64,000 nt of DNA from Spizellomyces punctatus DAOM BR117. Its lineage: Eukaryota. How positions within the stretch are numbered: position 1 is the stretch's first letter; the number at the start of each line of letters is the position of its first letter. This document shows, piece by piece, positions 26,832-38,922 of the stretch. The notes under the pieces are model-generated. The model ran no database searches. It was given only the letters and a program-made list of their open reading frames with translations, and was not told where the DNA came from. The DNA lies in NCBI GenBank assembly GCA_000182565.2, contig KQ257458.1. One strand, given 5' to 3'. Both the position numbers and the translations under genes were made by a program.

Positions 26832-26841
26832 ATCCTCCTAT

Positions 26842-26873
26842 CCTACTAGCACTACTACTACTACTACTGTGAA

Positions 26874-26908
<35 letters not shown>

Positions 26909-27213
26909 AGAGAGAAAGCGGAGAGAGAGGAGAGAAAGATGAATAAAAAGAATAAAATCCCCCCCTATCTCCCAACAACACACAATTGATACTAAATAAA
27001 GAAATGTGGATGAATAAGAAGAAGAGAGAAGAAGAGAGTTATTTATAGCAAGTGTGAAAGTGGGAGAAATTCCGCTCTTTTTTTTTCTTTCCTAGAGTGT
27101 GTGTGTGTGTGTGACTCTCTGCGAGTAGTAGAGAGAGAGAGAGAGAGAGAGAGTAAAAAAGAAAGGAAATGCACAGCAAACAAAAACTCTCTCTCTCCAT
27201 GAACTAAACACAC

Positions 27214-27251
<38 letters not shown>

Positions 27252-27260
27252 CTAGTAGTA
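26842..27260. repeat. Microsatellite cluster (TAC)n, (GT)n, (GA)n, (CT)n
   Basis: Directly visible simple repeats in the 5' region of the AA5 gene. Confidence 0.9.
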
Positions 27261-27587
27261 ATCCCCCTTTGTATTCACTCTCTCTGTTGTAAAATTGCAA
27301 AGGAGAGAAAGGAGAGAGAGTTGTTGATAAATGTGCAAATTTTTACAATCAGCGGCCATGCTTGTATTACTCTCTCTTTCTCTTTTTACTCACACTCTCT
27401 CACCTACTCCTACAAGATTCATTCTCTCTCACTCTTTTTCCACGCCCAACCATGCAGCCTATGCTTCATTCATTTCCCTCTTGAATTCAGTCATGTCCAT
27501 ATGGATTCCATGTCATTTTCATGCATGTCTCCTTATTATTATGTCATTGTCCCATACGATTGCTAGGCGGGTTCACTATGGCATTGC

Positions 27588-27636
27588 CCGTGGCAGGCCG
27601 TGGCAGGCCGTGGCAGCCTGTGGCAGCCAGTGGCAG
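27588..27636 (+). repeat. 10-bp tandem repeat x5 with invariant GTGGCAG core
   Basis: ccgtggcagg ccgtggcagg ccgtggcagc ctgtggcagc cagtggcag. Confidence 0.85.
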
Positions 27637-28202
27637 TGCTCATCCCCATTGTTGCAAATTGGGAAAGAGAGGACACAGACCGTTATAGAATATTCTCATT
27701 TCCATTTGTGGCTTAGAACATGCACATGAGGTGGTGGCACAGTTACAGCCGTAGGGGGTTACAACTCTTTTTGCAAGTGATACGCGTTTGGCACCCAACC
27801 ATGTACGTGGGAACAAATGCGCAGTACACGCGCAAAGGGAGGCCTAGCAACAAGGGGGACCTAGCAACGCGGATGATGCCGCACTCATTGTGACTGTGCA
27901 ATTTAATTACGAAATGGCTCCTAGATCTTTCATGGTCATATTGCAATATGATCGAGAGCCTGGGATGAATGGATAATGTTTGCAAATAGTATCGCTGTTA
28001 AAGTGAAACCAAAAGTGCGCTGCCTGTGCTATAGAGCTATTTCACCTCCCGCTTGTCTTGAAATACTGACAAGTGTGGTGTACTAGTAAGCGCCGACTGG
28101 GCGTGGATGGAAAAGCCAATGCTCTTGATTACCCTCTCAAAGATTTCACCTGTTGAATGGCGACTAGGGCAAGGTCATGGTTTATAATGATACGACACTT
28201 TC

Positions 28203-29657
28203 TTATGGGATGACAATGGCAGCACCACTCCCTGGCTTGCTCGCAAAAACCACATCCCCCAGATTCTCGTCCGCATCCGGATCTCCTCTCCACTCGGGCC
28301 ATCTTTTATAGTAATACTCTTGCTTCAACACATTTATAAATTCACTCACACCCGTCTCGGGAACCAGCGACACCGTGCACCCACCCCATCCCGCTCCCGT
28401 TAGTCTCGACCCGTACGCACCCGCTCGGAGCGCCAAAGCCGTTAATTCATCCAATTCAGGGCAACTGCAGTCATACAGATCCCGACATGACGCTTGAGAG
28501 GCATTCATGAGGGCACCCAACTTTTGAAGCGAGGGTGGAGATTGGGTACAAGTATCGCGAAATTGGAACACACGCAGCGCTTCGCTATACACATGTTTGG
28601 CGCGTTTGTAAAGCTCAAATGTCGCTGCATGGATCACAATCGAGCCTATATACTTTTTCTCCAAATCTTGTACGGACATGTCCAATGCCTTTGCAACGTC
28701 CTCTCGCGTCCATGGTTCCTTTTTCAATGCCTTGTCCACCATCTCGATCATCTCCGTAAGTCCCACGTCTTCTCGCCCTTGTAGATCACCAAACACCAGT
28801 TCCTGCACCTCTCGCAACGTCATGCCCTCTCGTTTTGCACCCACAAACCGACTCAACACGGCTGCAGCCAACCGCGTCTCCACCACCCGGAGATTATAAT
28901 GCGTCGGCGCTGTCAGAGCCTTATCAGACACCACCAACGTATTCGCAATCACAAATACAGGCGGATCCTGAACAAGACCAAATACAACTGCTTCAACCCG
29001 CAACGTAGGATAAAAATGAATCAAACAAGGCCCATGCTCTGCCATCACTGAAATCGCTTGATCCATTCCCCCACATTGGACACCCGCATACCGTTCCCCC
29101 TCTATCGCCGCCATTGTTACATCCTTTTTACTCAATTCCACCCCATGTGCATATAGTGTTGTCAATACCGCGGAAACGACAAGGGCCGATGAGGACGACA
29201 CACCTGCACTCGGTGGCACATTTCCGGTCACCATGATATTCAATCCAATAGGATTCTTTAAACCCGCTTTTTGATATGCGCCCTTGTACCCGCACACAAA
29301 ATACGTACTCCAGTCATGTCCATTTTTCTCTACAATCGCTCCTGAATCCGTCATGTTGTATTCAACATGTGGGTACCGCGGATCCGTATTCGAACATGTC
29401 AATGCAAGATTTTGGACGCCCTTTTTGGGTACACGCCCAACAGCAACAATAACATCCCGTTCAATCGCCATGGGTAATACCCCAAACCCCGCGTAATCCA
29501 CATGCTCACCAATGAGATTCACTCGACCCGGTGCTCGTACGTAGAATTCGGGTGGGGAGCCATATTGGGATGTAAATGCTGATGTGAGATGTGTATAGCG
29601 GGGTTGGTTTGGGAGGGTGTTGAGTGCGTATGTCGGTGGTGAGGTGTTTGAAGGCAT
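28203..29657 (-). CDS. GAL1: Galactokinase (GHMP kinase, GAL1/GALK2 type), intronless
   Basis: APGRVNLIGEHVDY, P..AGVSSSSA, GGMDQ, YNLRVVE, GSRLTGAGWGGC. Confidence 0.93.
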   Translation of the reverse strand: MPSNTSPPTYALNTLPNQPRYTHLTSAFTSQYGSPPEFYVRAPGRVNLIGEHVDYAGFGVLPMAIERDVIVAVGRVPKKGVQNLALTCSNTDPRYPHVEYNMTDSGAIVEKNGHDWSTYFVCGYKGAYQKAGLKNPIGLNIMVTGNVPPSAGVSSSSALVVSAVLTTLYAHGVELSKKDVTMAAIEGERYAGVQCGGMDQAISVMAEHGPCLIHFYPTLRVEAVVFGLVQDPPVFVIANTLVVSDKALTAPTHYNLRVVETRLAAAVLSRFVGAKREGMTLREVQELVFGDLQGREDVGLTEMIEMVDKALKKEPWTREDVAKALDMSVQDLEKKYIGSIVIHAATFELYKRAKHVYSEALRVFQFRDTCTQSPPSLQKLGALMNASQASCRDLYDCSCPELDELTALALRAGAYGSRLTGAGWGGCTVSLVPETGVSEFINVLKQEYYYKRWPEWRGDPDADENLGDVVFASKPGSGAAIVIP

Positions 29658-32528
29658 GTGTGTGTGTGGATGCGATCCGGTTTTTTGTGGAATTGTCTAC
29701 GACGAGGACGCGAGAGGACGCGCACTCGTTGCTTGCACTCGACAGCTAAGCGCAGCACCCCCAACGCAACTATACCTGCATGGGATGATGCAAAACCAAA
29801 CGAAACCAGCCGAATTACATGACGGAGCACTCACCAAACGAACTGGTTAACAATTCCAAGTAGACAAATTATCCTATCCAGATATGTGCAACACCCGCTC
29901 TTCTTTTTTTTTTTTGCCATATGACACTGTACAGCTTTACTGCTATCAGACATTCCCTCATCTATTTCATATCAAAAACAAATAAACTGTTTAAAATACA
30001 CTTGCCAAATGACCATCACACGCTTTTTGCAGAAACAAACAGCAACCCCCCATCTACCCATGTTTACGATCCCAAACGGAAAGATGCATCATAAGAGGGA
30101 CGCCTATTATGAAAACGATGGAAACTTTCCTGCACGCTTTTTATTGTGATCAAAATGATATTGGACAAACATTTCATTCTAGTCTCCCACATTTCTATTC
30201 TCCAAAGTCTAACAACAATCTAGGAATCAAAACTCTAACTTGAACAAACGAGATACGAACCTTGTGTTGCATTGCTTATACTAAAGCAAGTGTATATTTA
30301 AAGGGGCTTTCACATACACTATACGTAAACTCGCATCGGAACGATGGAAACGATCCGCTTTCAGAAACTGCATCCATTAACAACAGCCAAGTTCTACGGT
30401 ACTTTATGGAAGGTTTGTAAGCATCCCATGTTTAGGATGCATCTTGGATGCATCTTGTGGTCATTTTTCGTGCATGAAAGCTTTAGTGTCACGCAGATCA
30501 ATGAATGAAGCAACTGATTATTGGTGACCTGCCAAGCTAAACAAAAGAGAAACACTCTTGATGCTTGTTGTGTGTATTGTTGGGTTAGATTCTCAGTGTC
30601 ACGCATGGTTTTACCACACTACAAGTGCCTTTTATCGCTAGTGTGAAGCAACAGGGCACGATGCGGAACTTGTACATTAGAAACGGGACGTCATTTACAA
30701 ACGTGTCTTTTTTTTTAAGGGAGAGGTGATATACAATAATGAGTGTGCGTTTCGTATACCGCATTTGGTCTGGTATCTAGGCAAGCCAAAAAGGTTCTTC
30801 CTTTTCGGGAGGCATACTTGTTGAGTAGAACTGTGGATACTTGCAAGAATGGACTTTGATCTGTCCCATGAGCAACCACGAAGATACCTTTGCGGTGGAT
30901 CGTGCACACGCAAGCAAGTGCCCAATATATTTATACGATTCCAAAGGTTTGGTGTACCGAGTATTTTAAAATGTTTTTGCGTACCTACTCTGGCTTAGTG
31001 ATTTTGCTGAACCTTTAGAGGACCTTTTAGCGGCGACGATGGAGCAAGGACACTGGATTACCTGTAACCCTTCAAAACCAAAACACTCCAAAATCACGAA
31101 TATGCAAAAAAAAACATACTTGCATCCAATAATAGTTTCAACAAATTACTGCCTCTCATCGCATTTCCACGACCCGAAAACCCAATTCAACAAAAAACCC
31201 CATGCACATGATCCATGGGGCGAGCTCATTGCGTATACACATACATATCCCAGTGTTTGCTCTCTACATTATCGCACATGTTTCCTTCTCGCGTAAATAG
31301 AGATCCCCTAGGCAAGGTTTTCACGTTATCAAGTCAACGCGGTTTGGACACATGGTATTCTTTCATGCCGTTTTCCCGCAGTTGAATGCCAGAGCCAAAC
31401 GACGCCAATTGCCACTTTTTACTCCCATTGCACATGGAATAAAAAACAGCAACATATATGGTGTGTCATATCCATATCAATTTGAGGTCCCCGTCCATTT
31501 AGGAGAGATCTGATACCGATATGAAAGTGCCTATCATTCAAAAAAATGCGAAATTATACGAGATGGCTTTGGTAAAACACACATCTCGGCAAACTTTCAA
31601 AAACATACCGCCGCGGGGTTCTCGCCAAAGGAGTATTTCCGATGGAGAAGTATTGGAAATTGAGCTTTTTTTTTTGATCCCCGCGGCACCTTTTTGCAAA
31701 GGTCATCAGATGAAATAAACTTTTACACAAACTTACGAGTCCACATCGCGTCCATCCTAACGTGTATTGGAATGCAGTATATCCATCCCCTCCTTCCTAT
31801 AATCAATATGGAATGTCACTGGACTCACATTCAATTCATAGACAATGTAATGCTTAGTCGCGTGTTCTTGTCAGCGATTTTGTAGTTTTGTGGGGTGTTT
31901 GTGTTGAGCCGATTGCAGGAGACGTTGGGAGCCTAGATTTGGATTTTGGTTGCGAGTTTTTTTGCGTGGTATGAATGAAATAGCTGTTTGTAAGCGTTAG
32001 GTATTGGAATGATGATACAGTTGAAATGAGAGATTCATGTAAAGAAATGAATGAAATAAACAGTGAATGCGGGAATTTATCATCATTGCCTTGTCGCAGA
32101 AAATGACCATGGCAAGATATTAAGAAACCCCGTAACTCAAATACTCAAAAACCCAAGAGAGCCATGAACTTTGACGTCGGTTGTACCTCTCATCGGTTAA
32201 TAACAAACGTAAACAAGTCTCTGTAGAAAACCGCGCGATGAAGAAGAGATTTGACTGAAAAAAACAAGGATTGTGGTTTCTTTGACCTTGTGGCGTTCGG
32301 AGTTCTGGGTTGTTAAGGGGGGTTAAAATGATCAGAGAAGGCCCCGAGCAGGTGGTGCATGTTCGGGAGAACCAAAAGCTTGCTTTTGTTCAAGATAACA
32401 ATGGGTATTTTTCTGAAAAACAGATGGTTAAAAGCAGATGGGGTCTGTGGTGACCACCTTTCTCATACCCTCTTAGTCGTTCCTTTGACATTGTGTGGAC
32501 AGCGAGATCCCCTCTCCTCTGTTCAGTC

Positions 32529-33581
32529 ATGTCCGTCGCGGAATCGTCCCCACTGGGCCTCATCCTTGAACCCACCATTGTATTTACAATCTTGGGTGCC
32601 GGAGTCTACTTTAACCGAATTCATTCCCCAGTCTACCCACCCAAAGATCCTCATCCCCCTCTCCCATACCGTGAACGCACCTTTTTCGGATGCAAGGTAT
32701 CAACACGGGATACCAGCGTCTGGCGAACAACAACTCTATCCCGCCTCCTCTTTCGATACCCTTTTATTATCGAAGTATGTTATTGGGTCCTTACGTACTT
32801 GGTTTACCAAGGAGCGAGAGGGGTAACGGCATTGACGTTTACGGAATCCACGACGGATCTCGCACGAGAAAATGGCATGTGGATTCTTGAAGTTGAGAAT
32901 ATACTCGGAATAGACACGGAAAGAGAATTTCAACGCTTTTTTTTGGATCGACCGTTTTGGATGGGGGTTTTGAACCGTGTGTATAGTTTTGTTCATATCC
33001 CTGCCACTGTTGGATTTTTCGGCTACATGTACTACCAAACCTCTTCTGCAACTTTTACTCGAATCCGTCGTACCATGGCCTTATGCAACCTCTATGCGTT
33101 CATCGTCTTTACGACATGGCCCGCCATGCCTCCGAGACTCTTACCCAAAGAATACGGGTTTATTGACACAGTCCACTCTACACGCATCGCAAGCGTGTGG
33201 ACCACCAACGCCTTTTGCAACCAACTCGCCGCCATGCCTTCCCTCCATTTCGGATACGCATTCATAGTCGGTACATCCATACTCGTACATGCACATTGGA
33301 AACCCCTTCGTATCCTTGGAGCCCTCTACGCACCCCTCATCCTCGTCGCGATCGTCGCTACAGCCAATCACTACTTTCTGGACGCCATTGCAGGCTTTTT
33401 TGTGGCTATCCTCGCGTATTTTACTAATAATGTCCTATTGAATTTATTGGTGATTGAGGATCTTGTTTTGTGGGTTTTACGAATTGAGAAACCGCCTACC
33501 AAGGAACAAGTCCAGTTTATGACTCGGGGAACTGATTATGAGAGTGAGGAGTCTATGAAAGTTTGGTATGAGAGAGTTTAA
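32529..33581 (+). CDS. PAP2-superfamily integral membrane protein (Aur1/Ipt1-like phosphotransferase family)
   Basis: WPAMPPRLL, NQLAAMPSLHFGYA and TANHYFLDAIAG motifs; several TM helices. Confidence 0.85.
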   Translation: MSVAESSPLGLILEPTIVFTILGAGVYFNRIHSPVYPPKDPHPPLPYRERTFFGCKVSTRDTSVWRTTTLSRLLFRYPFIIEVCYWVLTYLVYQGARGVTALTFTESTTDLARENGMWILEVENILGIDTEREFQRFFLDRPFWMGVLNRVYSFVHIPATVGFFGYMYYQTSSATFTRIRRTMALCNLYAFIVFTTWPAMPPRLLPKEYGFIDTVHSTRIASVWTTNAFCNQLAAMPSLHFGYAFIVGTSILVHAHWKPLRILGALYAPLILVAIVATANHYFLDAIAGFFVAILAYFTNNVLLNLLVIEDLVLWVLRIEKPPTKEQVQFMTRGTDYESEESMKVWYERV

Positions 33582-34761
33582 ATGATATTTTGGGGGTTTT
33601 TATCTATGTTATATGGGGGAACTTTTGATTTTATAGATTTGGGGGCAATTGATGGGTTGTCGTATATATATTTATATATCCCGAGCAACAAACGTTGTTT
33701 TTTCGTACTTTTATTTTTATAGACTGGGTCTTGATGAACATGATCTGATCATAAGGTTACATTGCAATCAGTAGATACTTTTCGCACTCGATGTACACGA
33801 GTTGTCACAAACCCTTTTGTATTCGTACAATGTTTTGCATTCTCTGAATATCAAATGAACATTACTGTCGCATTCGTTGTTGCGAACAACTAAAGTACTT
33901 GTAAGTGCTTTCAAGACACGTCAATCAAGTTAACAGCTCTCTTGGAAACGAGGACTGTCGTTCAAATGTTTCTTGCCGAAACCCACGAGGAACACTATGC
34001 AAGAAATTGAAAAGATGTGAAGCAACAGAACGATAACAAAAATGCTACAGCGTCGTGTGAAGACAGGCTCCAAAGAGCGGTCATAGCAGACTACCCCCTT
34101 TTCATTCATCTTAATGTGAGCTTCCCGCACTTGAAGCTAGACCTTGATTCTATACCTACGATTACTACCCTACTTGACTACTCATTGCAAAACACAGTAA
34201 GAGCTGAACTTTGAATGATGCTTTTCAAGAGTCATGCCCTGTGAAACTTGAATATCCAAAGCAATACGTATGCAAATGCGTGTGCTTCGGAACACGCTCT
34301 GGAGAGTGTTCCTTTTACGCTGCACGCGACACCAGAATCCAAATAAAGGCATCTCGAGCAAGTGTTCATTTTACATGTTTGGAAAGCATCTCCGAAAATG
34401 TCGGAGAGGAGTTTGATTTCAAATCCACCCATTCTGTTTGTCTTGGAGTTTTTTGGGGGACAATCGAAATCAAGACCTTTCTTTACCCCACCACCACACA
34501 TGATGACTACCCCACAACCTAAAAAACACTAAAAAACAACTCGTGAGGGGCATTTCAAATCTCAAGAGTCCGTGCTGCTCATTTCAAATACCCAAATTAT
34601 TTTTTTCTATTGTTTTTCTTGGGGGGAGCTCGGAGGTGTCGGACATGTTCACCTACTTGAAGGTATCTCCGCGTCCGCGAAACTGTTTCGTCATGGACGA
34701 TCCCCTTTGGGGGGTTTTCCTGCGATCGGACACGGGGGACGCGGTGCCCTCCCTTGTAGGC

Positions 34762-34769
34762 TATATAAA
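34762..34769 (+). promoter_or_regulatory. TATA box of GST gene
   Basis: TATATAAA about 120 bp upstream of the ATG at 34884. Confidence 0.55.
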
Positions 34770-34883
34770 CCCTCGTGTTAGACGCACTCCCGTTCTCTCG
34801 CAAAAAGTCGCACCTGCAAAGTCTCACACATTGCCGCTGACCCTGGAAACATACACAAACAAACAAATCTACGAGAGAAAACC

Positions 34884-35846
34884 ATGTCCGAATTCGATAA
34901 AGTAACACTCACATATTTTGGACTTCAAGGCCGTGCAGAAGCCATTCGACTCTTGCTTGAGGACGCTGGTACTTTTCATCATTTCTTTATACGTTTTGCG
35001 ATGGGTGTTTAACATTTACTTTTTTTTTGAAGGAATTCCTTACGATGACGTCCGTATCGTGGACAGGGACCAATGGTTAGAACTCAAAAAGGATACAGAT
35101 CGGTTCCGGTTTGGACAGATGCCCATGGTGGATTTTAATGGGTTTTGCGTTGTGCAGAGGTAACAAAGCACCATACTTTGACATTGTAGATCTAGTCTTT
35201 TTAATCTTTTTTTCTGATGGTAGTGCGACGATTATGAGGTTCATTGCGTCTCGAAAAGGGTATTACGGCGATACACCTCAAGAACATGTCCTTGTCGACA
35301 TGCTTGCGGATGGTACTGAAGATCTTCAGAGATTGTACTTGAAGGCCGTTTATAGTGATGATGCGGTATGTGATTGTTCACTTTTTACGCATTTCCCCGT
35401 TTTTTTTATGGCTGATGGTGTCGTATACTTTTTGCATTGGGTATAAAGGAAAGCACGACAGTGGCATTCTTGAAAAACGAAGCACCAGCCAAACTCGAAT
35501 ATTTTGAAAAAATCCTCAGTAAAGCTAATGGTGGAGCCGCTTATTTCACTGGTCCCAAGGTGAACATTCTCATCAAACAAATCCCAACACTCTACTCTCA
35601 ACCACACTCTAAAACACTTCCCAATTTATATAGGCAACATTTGCCGATATTTTCTTTTTTGACCTCCTCGACCGCCTCACGACTCTCCACCCCACCATCC
35701 TCGACCCCTTCCCCCTTTTGAAAGCGTTCAAAACTCGTGTTGCTGAGCGGCCTAATATCAAGAAATATCATGAAGCGAACAAGAGGCCTCAGTTTGTGAA
35801 TAACCCTTTTTCGACTAAACTAGGCTCCGAGAGGATTGTTTTTTAA
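34884..35846 (+). CDS. Glutathione S-transferase (Tyr-type; sigma/pi/mu-like); 5 exons
   Basis: Spliced: LTYFGLQGRAEAIRLLLEDAG...FGQMP...VQS.TIMRF...TFADIFFFD...RPNIKKY; introns 34969-35032, 35160-35223, 35366-35448, 35560-35633. Confidence 0.9.
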
Positions 35847-36632
35847 AGATGTTGAGATAGATTTTGTAAGGAGGTGTTAAATAGAAAATAGGTGGCTTTC
35901 CTGTATTCGAGATTGTTTTTATAAAGTAGAAACACTGTTTATTTCACAAGTGTGCTCAATATGATGTTGGATGTTACTGTAGTGCACTTTTTGCCAAGTA
36001 ACTCGATTGAATGTCACCGTAGGGTACACATCAATAAGATCTCGATTAACCGCCTCGATTGAAATGCGGTACCATAGCACACCTGTAGATCTGATTGTCG
36101 AGAATCTGATCTCGGTTCCCCCGCACATGCCTCACGTGGGGTCCGCGATGCGTGAAAGAGTGCTCAGTGAGACCTGATTTTCTGCAACTCCCTTCATTCC
36201 TTTCAGCAAAAAACTGACCTGTCCCCCCTCCTTTTCATCATTGACCCTTGGACAAACGACGACGACGGCAAAGACAAAAAGATGGGCTGGTTTGTGTGAA
36301 CGACCACAGCCGGACTTCCGAACGGGTTGACATAATCAATTTTTTTGGGAACTCTATTTTAGACTCGTGTTTTTTTGACCACGGGGGTGTTCAAGTGTTC
36401 AAAAAGTTGGTAACTTGGGTTTTGCCGTTTGGGATCATTTTGTGGAATTTTCAAAAAACCATCCGTTGGGTGAATGGCCTTTCATCGTTGTGGTTTGATT
36501 AGAACTTTCTTTATTGTTTAACGACTCAACAAGGCAACCTATTCCAAGTTTCTTTTCCGTCCCCCCACCTCCTGTTGTTGAGCGTGCTTTTTGTTGTTTT
36601 TTCATCCCCACACACGTGTCTATATCATCATC

Positions 36633-37750
36633 ATGTCTAAGAAACCCACCATCATGGTGTTGGGGGCCGGGTTCATAGGCTCGTATCTAGGCGCTCACCT
36701 AGCCAACAAACCAGATCTATGCAGCGTACACCTCATCGGACGCCAGTCCTACTTTACAACACTCCAATCAGCCGGCTCACTATCCGCCACAAGCCAATCC
36801 GGAACGACCGTCACAATCCCATATGAGAAACTCAACCTATACGACTCGGTCGATGCGTTTTGTACCGCTCATCCCAATGTCCATCCTACCTACATTATCG
36901 TCACCGTGAAACGCATCACTGCCCATCGTGCCTATGCCGATCTCAAGCGATGGGGCGAGAACCCAAACGTGACGGTCGTGACGATGATGAATGGCGTACG
37001 AGCAGCAGATGAGGCGAGAGACGTCTTGAAAGGGTGTGATGTAAACGAAGGGATGTGGCCATTCAATGTCATTGAAACCGATACAGGACACTTTGAGCAG
37101 GCATCCGGTGGGGATGTGTTTGTAGAGGATTCAGAAAAGGGGCGGGTACTCGCTGGTATTTTTCGCGAGTCGGGGATTCCGACTCAGGTTTCTGCTGATA
37201 TGCATGGAATACTCTATGGTATGTTTTTTTGTTTCTATTCGTATATTGTTTTCCATGTACAAGTTTGACACTTTCAAACACAGGAAAACTCTTGATCAAC
37301 CTCCACAACGCCATCTCCGCTCTCACAGGACTCCCCATTCAACAAGAACTCTCCACCCGATCCGCCCGACAAGTCTGGGCCCACTGCATGTCCGAAGCAC
37401 TCGACATTTACCGCGCAAACGGCATCAACCCCGTCTCCTTCCTCCCCCACGTTCCCCTCTCAATCATACCCTATCTCCTCTCCCTCCCAAACTTTCTCTT
37501 TCTCCGTCTCGCAACTCGCATGTTGTCGATTGACCCCCGCGCTACGAGCTCCATGTACGAGGACCTGCGAAAGGGCCGGCCAACAGAGATTGAGTATCTC
37601 CAAGGAGAGATTGTGCGTATGGGCCGTGAGTGTGGGATTGCTGCTCCTGTGTGTGAGAGGGTGGTGGGATTGGTCAAGGATGTGGAAGGAAAGGGTGGAT
37701 TGGGAAACTTGACGGGGGAAATGATTTTGGATGCATTGGAATTGATTTAA
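36633..37750 (+). CDS. panE: 2-dehydropantoate 2-reductase (ketopantoate reductase, ApbA/PanE); 2 exons
   Basis: GAGFIG Rossmann motif, TVK, MNG, G|KLLINLHN across intron 37219-37283, SSMYEDLRKGRPTEIEYLQGEIV. Confidence 0.9.
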
Positions 37751-37941
37751 TGGTGGTGTATTTTGGGGAATTTAAAAACTATACTTATTCAGTGTTTTTA
37801 ATTATGAATCCACCATGATATTTTCGCTGAGGAAGAGTTTTTTGTTCTTTTGTAATTTCTTTTTTTTTATATATTTTGAGTGCTCATGGTGGGTATTCCA
37901 TCAGCATGGGTATACACTAATAGGGTATAATGCCCACCCCA

Positions 37942-38922
37942 TCATCCTTCGGGAATTTCCCGAAGGATGATGGCGAGCATGAACCACGTCCCCCCCAACA
38001 ACATAAACACCTTATCCTCCATCAACTTCCACCCCAGTTCTATCAACTTTATAACCTCCTCAGCGATTAGTTCCCTCCCGTCCGTTGCTGCCCACTCCCC
38101 CCATTCACATGCCAGCTCCTTTGCCCCCATCCACCAAATCTCCGCATCCGCTACATACAGCGTCCCCACTCGCCACACCTCATCCATTACCCCTCTTCCC
38201 CACTCCTTCCCAACTGCCATCGCACACCCCCACCACCTCCCGATCGCCTCCATTGCCAGCGCGACGTGCATTGACACCGCCGTCCCGGTCACCGCCTCGA
38301 TGGCCTTGCTGCTCAATGCAAGGACCAATAACATCATAACGGCCATGATGGCCCAGGACGGTAAACTGAATGTGGAAGGTGTAGGGACATTATCGGTTTG
38401 TGTGCATACCGAGATGACCGTGGTCTCGGTTTCGGTCGAGACAGATGTAAAAGAGATTTGCTTTACGGACGGGACTTTTGGTGTGAGTTTGAGTGGAATA
38501 TCGGTGACTTCGACTGCTGAATCTACTCGTTCGGTTTCGGGTTTTTGTTCGGGTTCGGCGCTAGGTGCCGTTGAGCTCGTCGCTGGGGTATTCTCTGTAG
38601 TGTTTTCTGAAATGTCCGTTGAGGTATTCTTGGTAATCGTCATCTTTTTGGGGGTAGAGGTAGGTACAATCTCGAGATGGACTTTGTTGATAGAATGAAG
38701 AGTAGGCACCGGACGTTTTTTAGCTACTGCTGGTCTTTTCGATTTCGGCTCAGCTTTGGGAGACCATACCAGTCGAGTTGCAGTGATGGTCGTCATCTCC
38801 CGAGTTTCGATCATGCTTGCCATCCGTGCACGGGCGTGTGCACGGGCTTCATACCGAGTGAGAAGCGGAGCAGCCCAAAAGGATTCTGTCCAAGTGGATT
38901 CTGGTGTATAGGTATCGGCCAT
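37942..38922 (-). CDS. Hypothetical membrane protein (S/T-rich N-half, two hydrophobic segments)
   Basis: 326-aa ATG ORF with hydrophobic segments; ATAAAAAG upstream; no recognised family. Confidence 0.55.
   Translation of the reverse strand: MADTYTPESTWTESFWAAPLLTRYEARAHARARMASMIETREMTTITATRLVWSPKAEPKSKRPAVAKKRPVPTLHSINKVHLEIVPTSTPKKMTITKNTSTDISENTTENTPATSSTAPSAEPEQKPETERVDSAVEVTDIPLKLTPKVPSVKQISFTSVSTETETTVISVCTQTDNVPTPSTFSLPSWAIMAVMMLLVLALSSKAIEAVTGTAVSMHVALAMEAIGRWWGCAMAVGKEWGRGVMDEVWRVGTLYVADAEIWWMGAKELACEWGEWAATDGRELIAEEVIKLIELGWKLMEDKVFMLLGGTWFMLAIILREIPEG

Noticed and set aside
27588-27636. Short direct repeats as a possible CRISPR array
   Set aside because: 10-bp units with no unique spacers, eukaryotic context, no cas genes
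28203-29657. Leloir GAL gene cluster
   Set aside because: No GAL7 or GAL10 homologue recognised in the window
29900-32400. Short ORFs in the long intergenic region between GAL1 and the PAP2 gene
   Set aside because: AT-rich, no motifs or coherent splice pattern found
33900-34540. Protein-like fragments upstream of GST
   Set aside because: No family recognised and no consistent gene model
37967-38698. 243-aa plus-strand ORF
   Set aside because: Antisense shadow of the 326-aa minus-strand ORF
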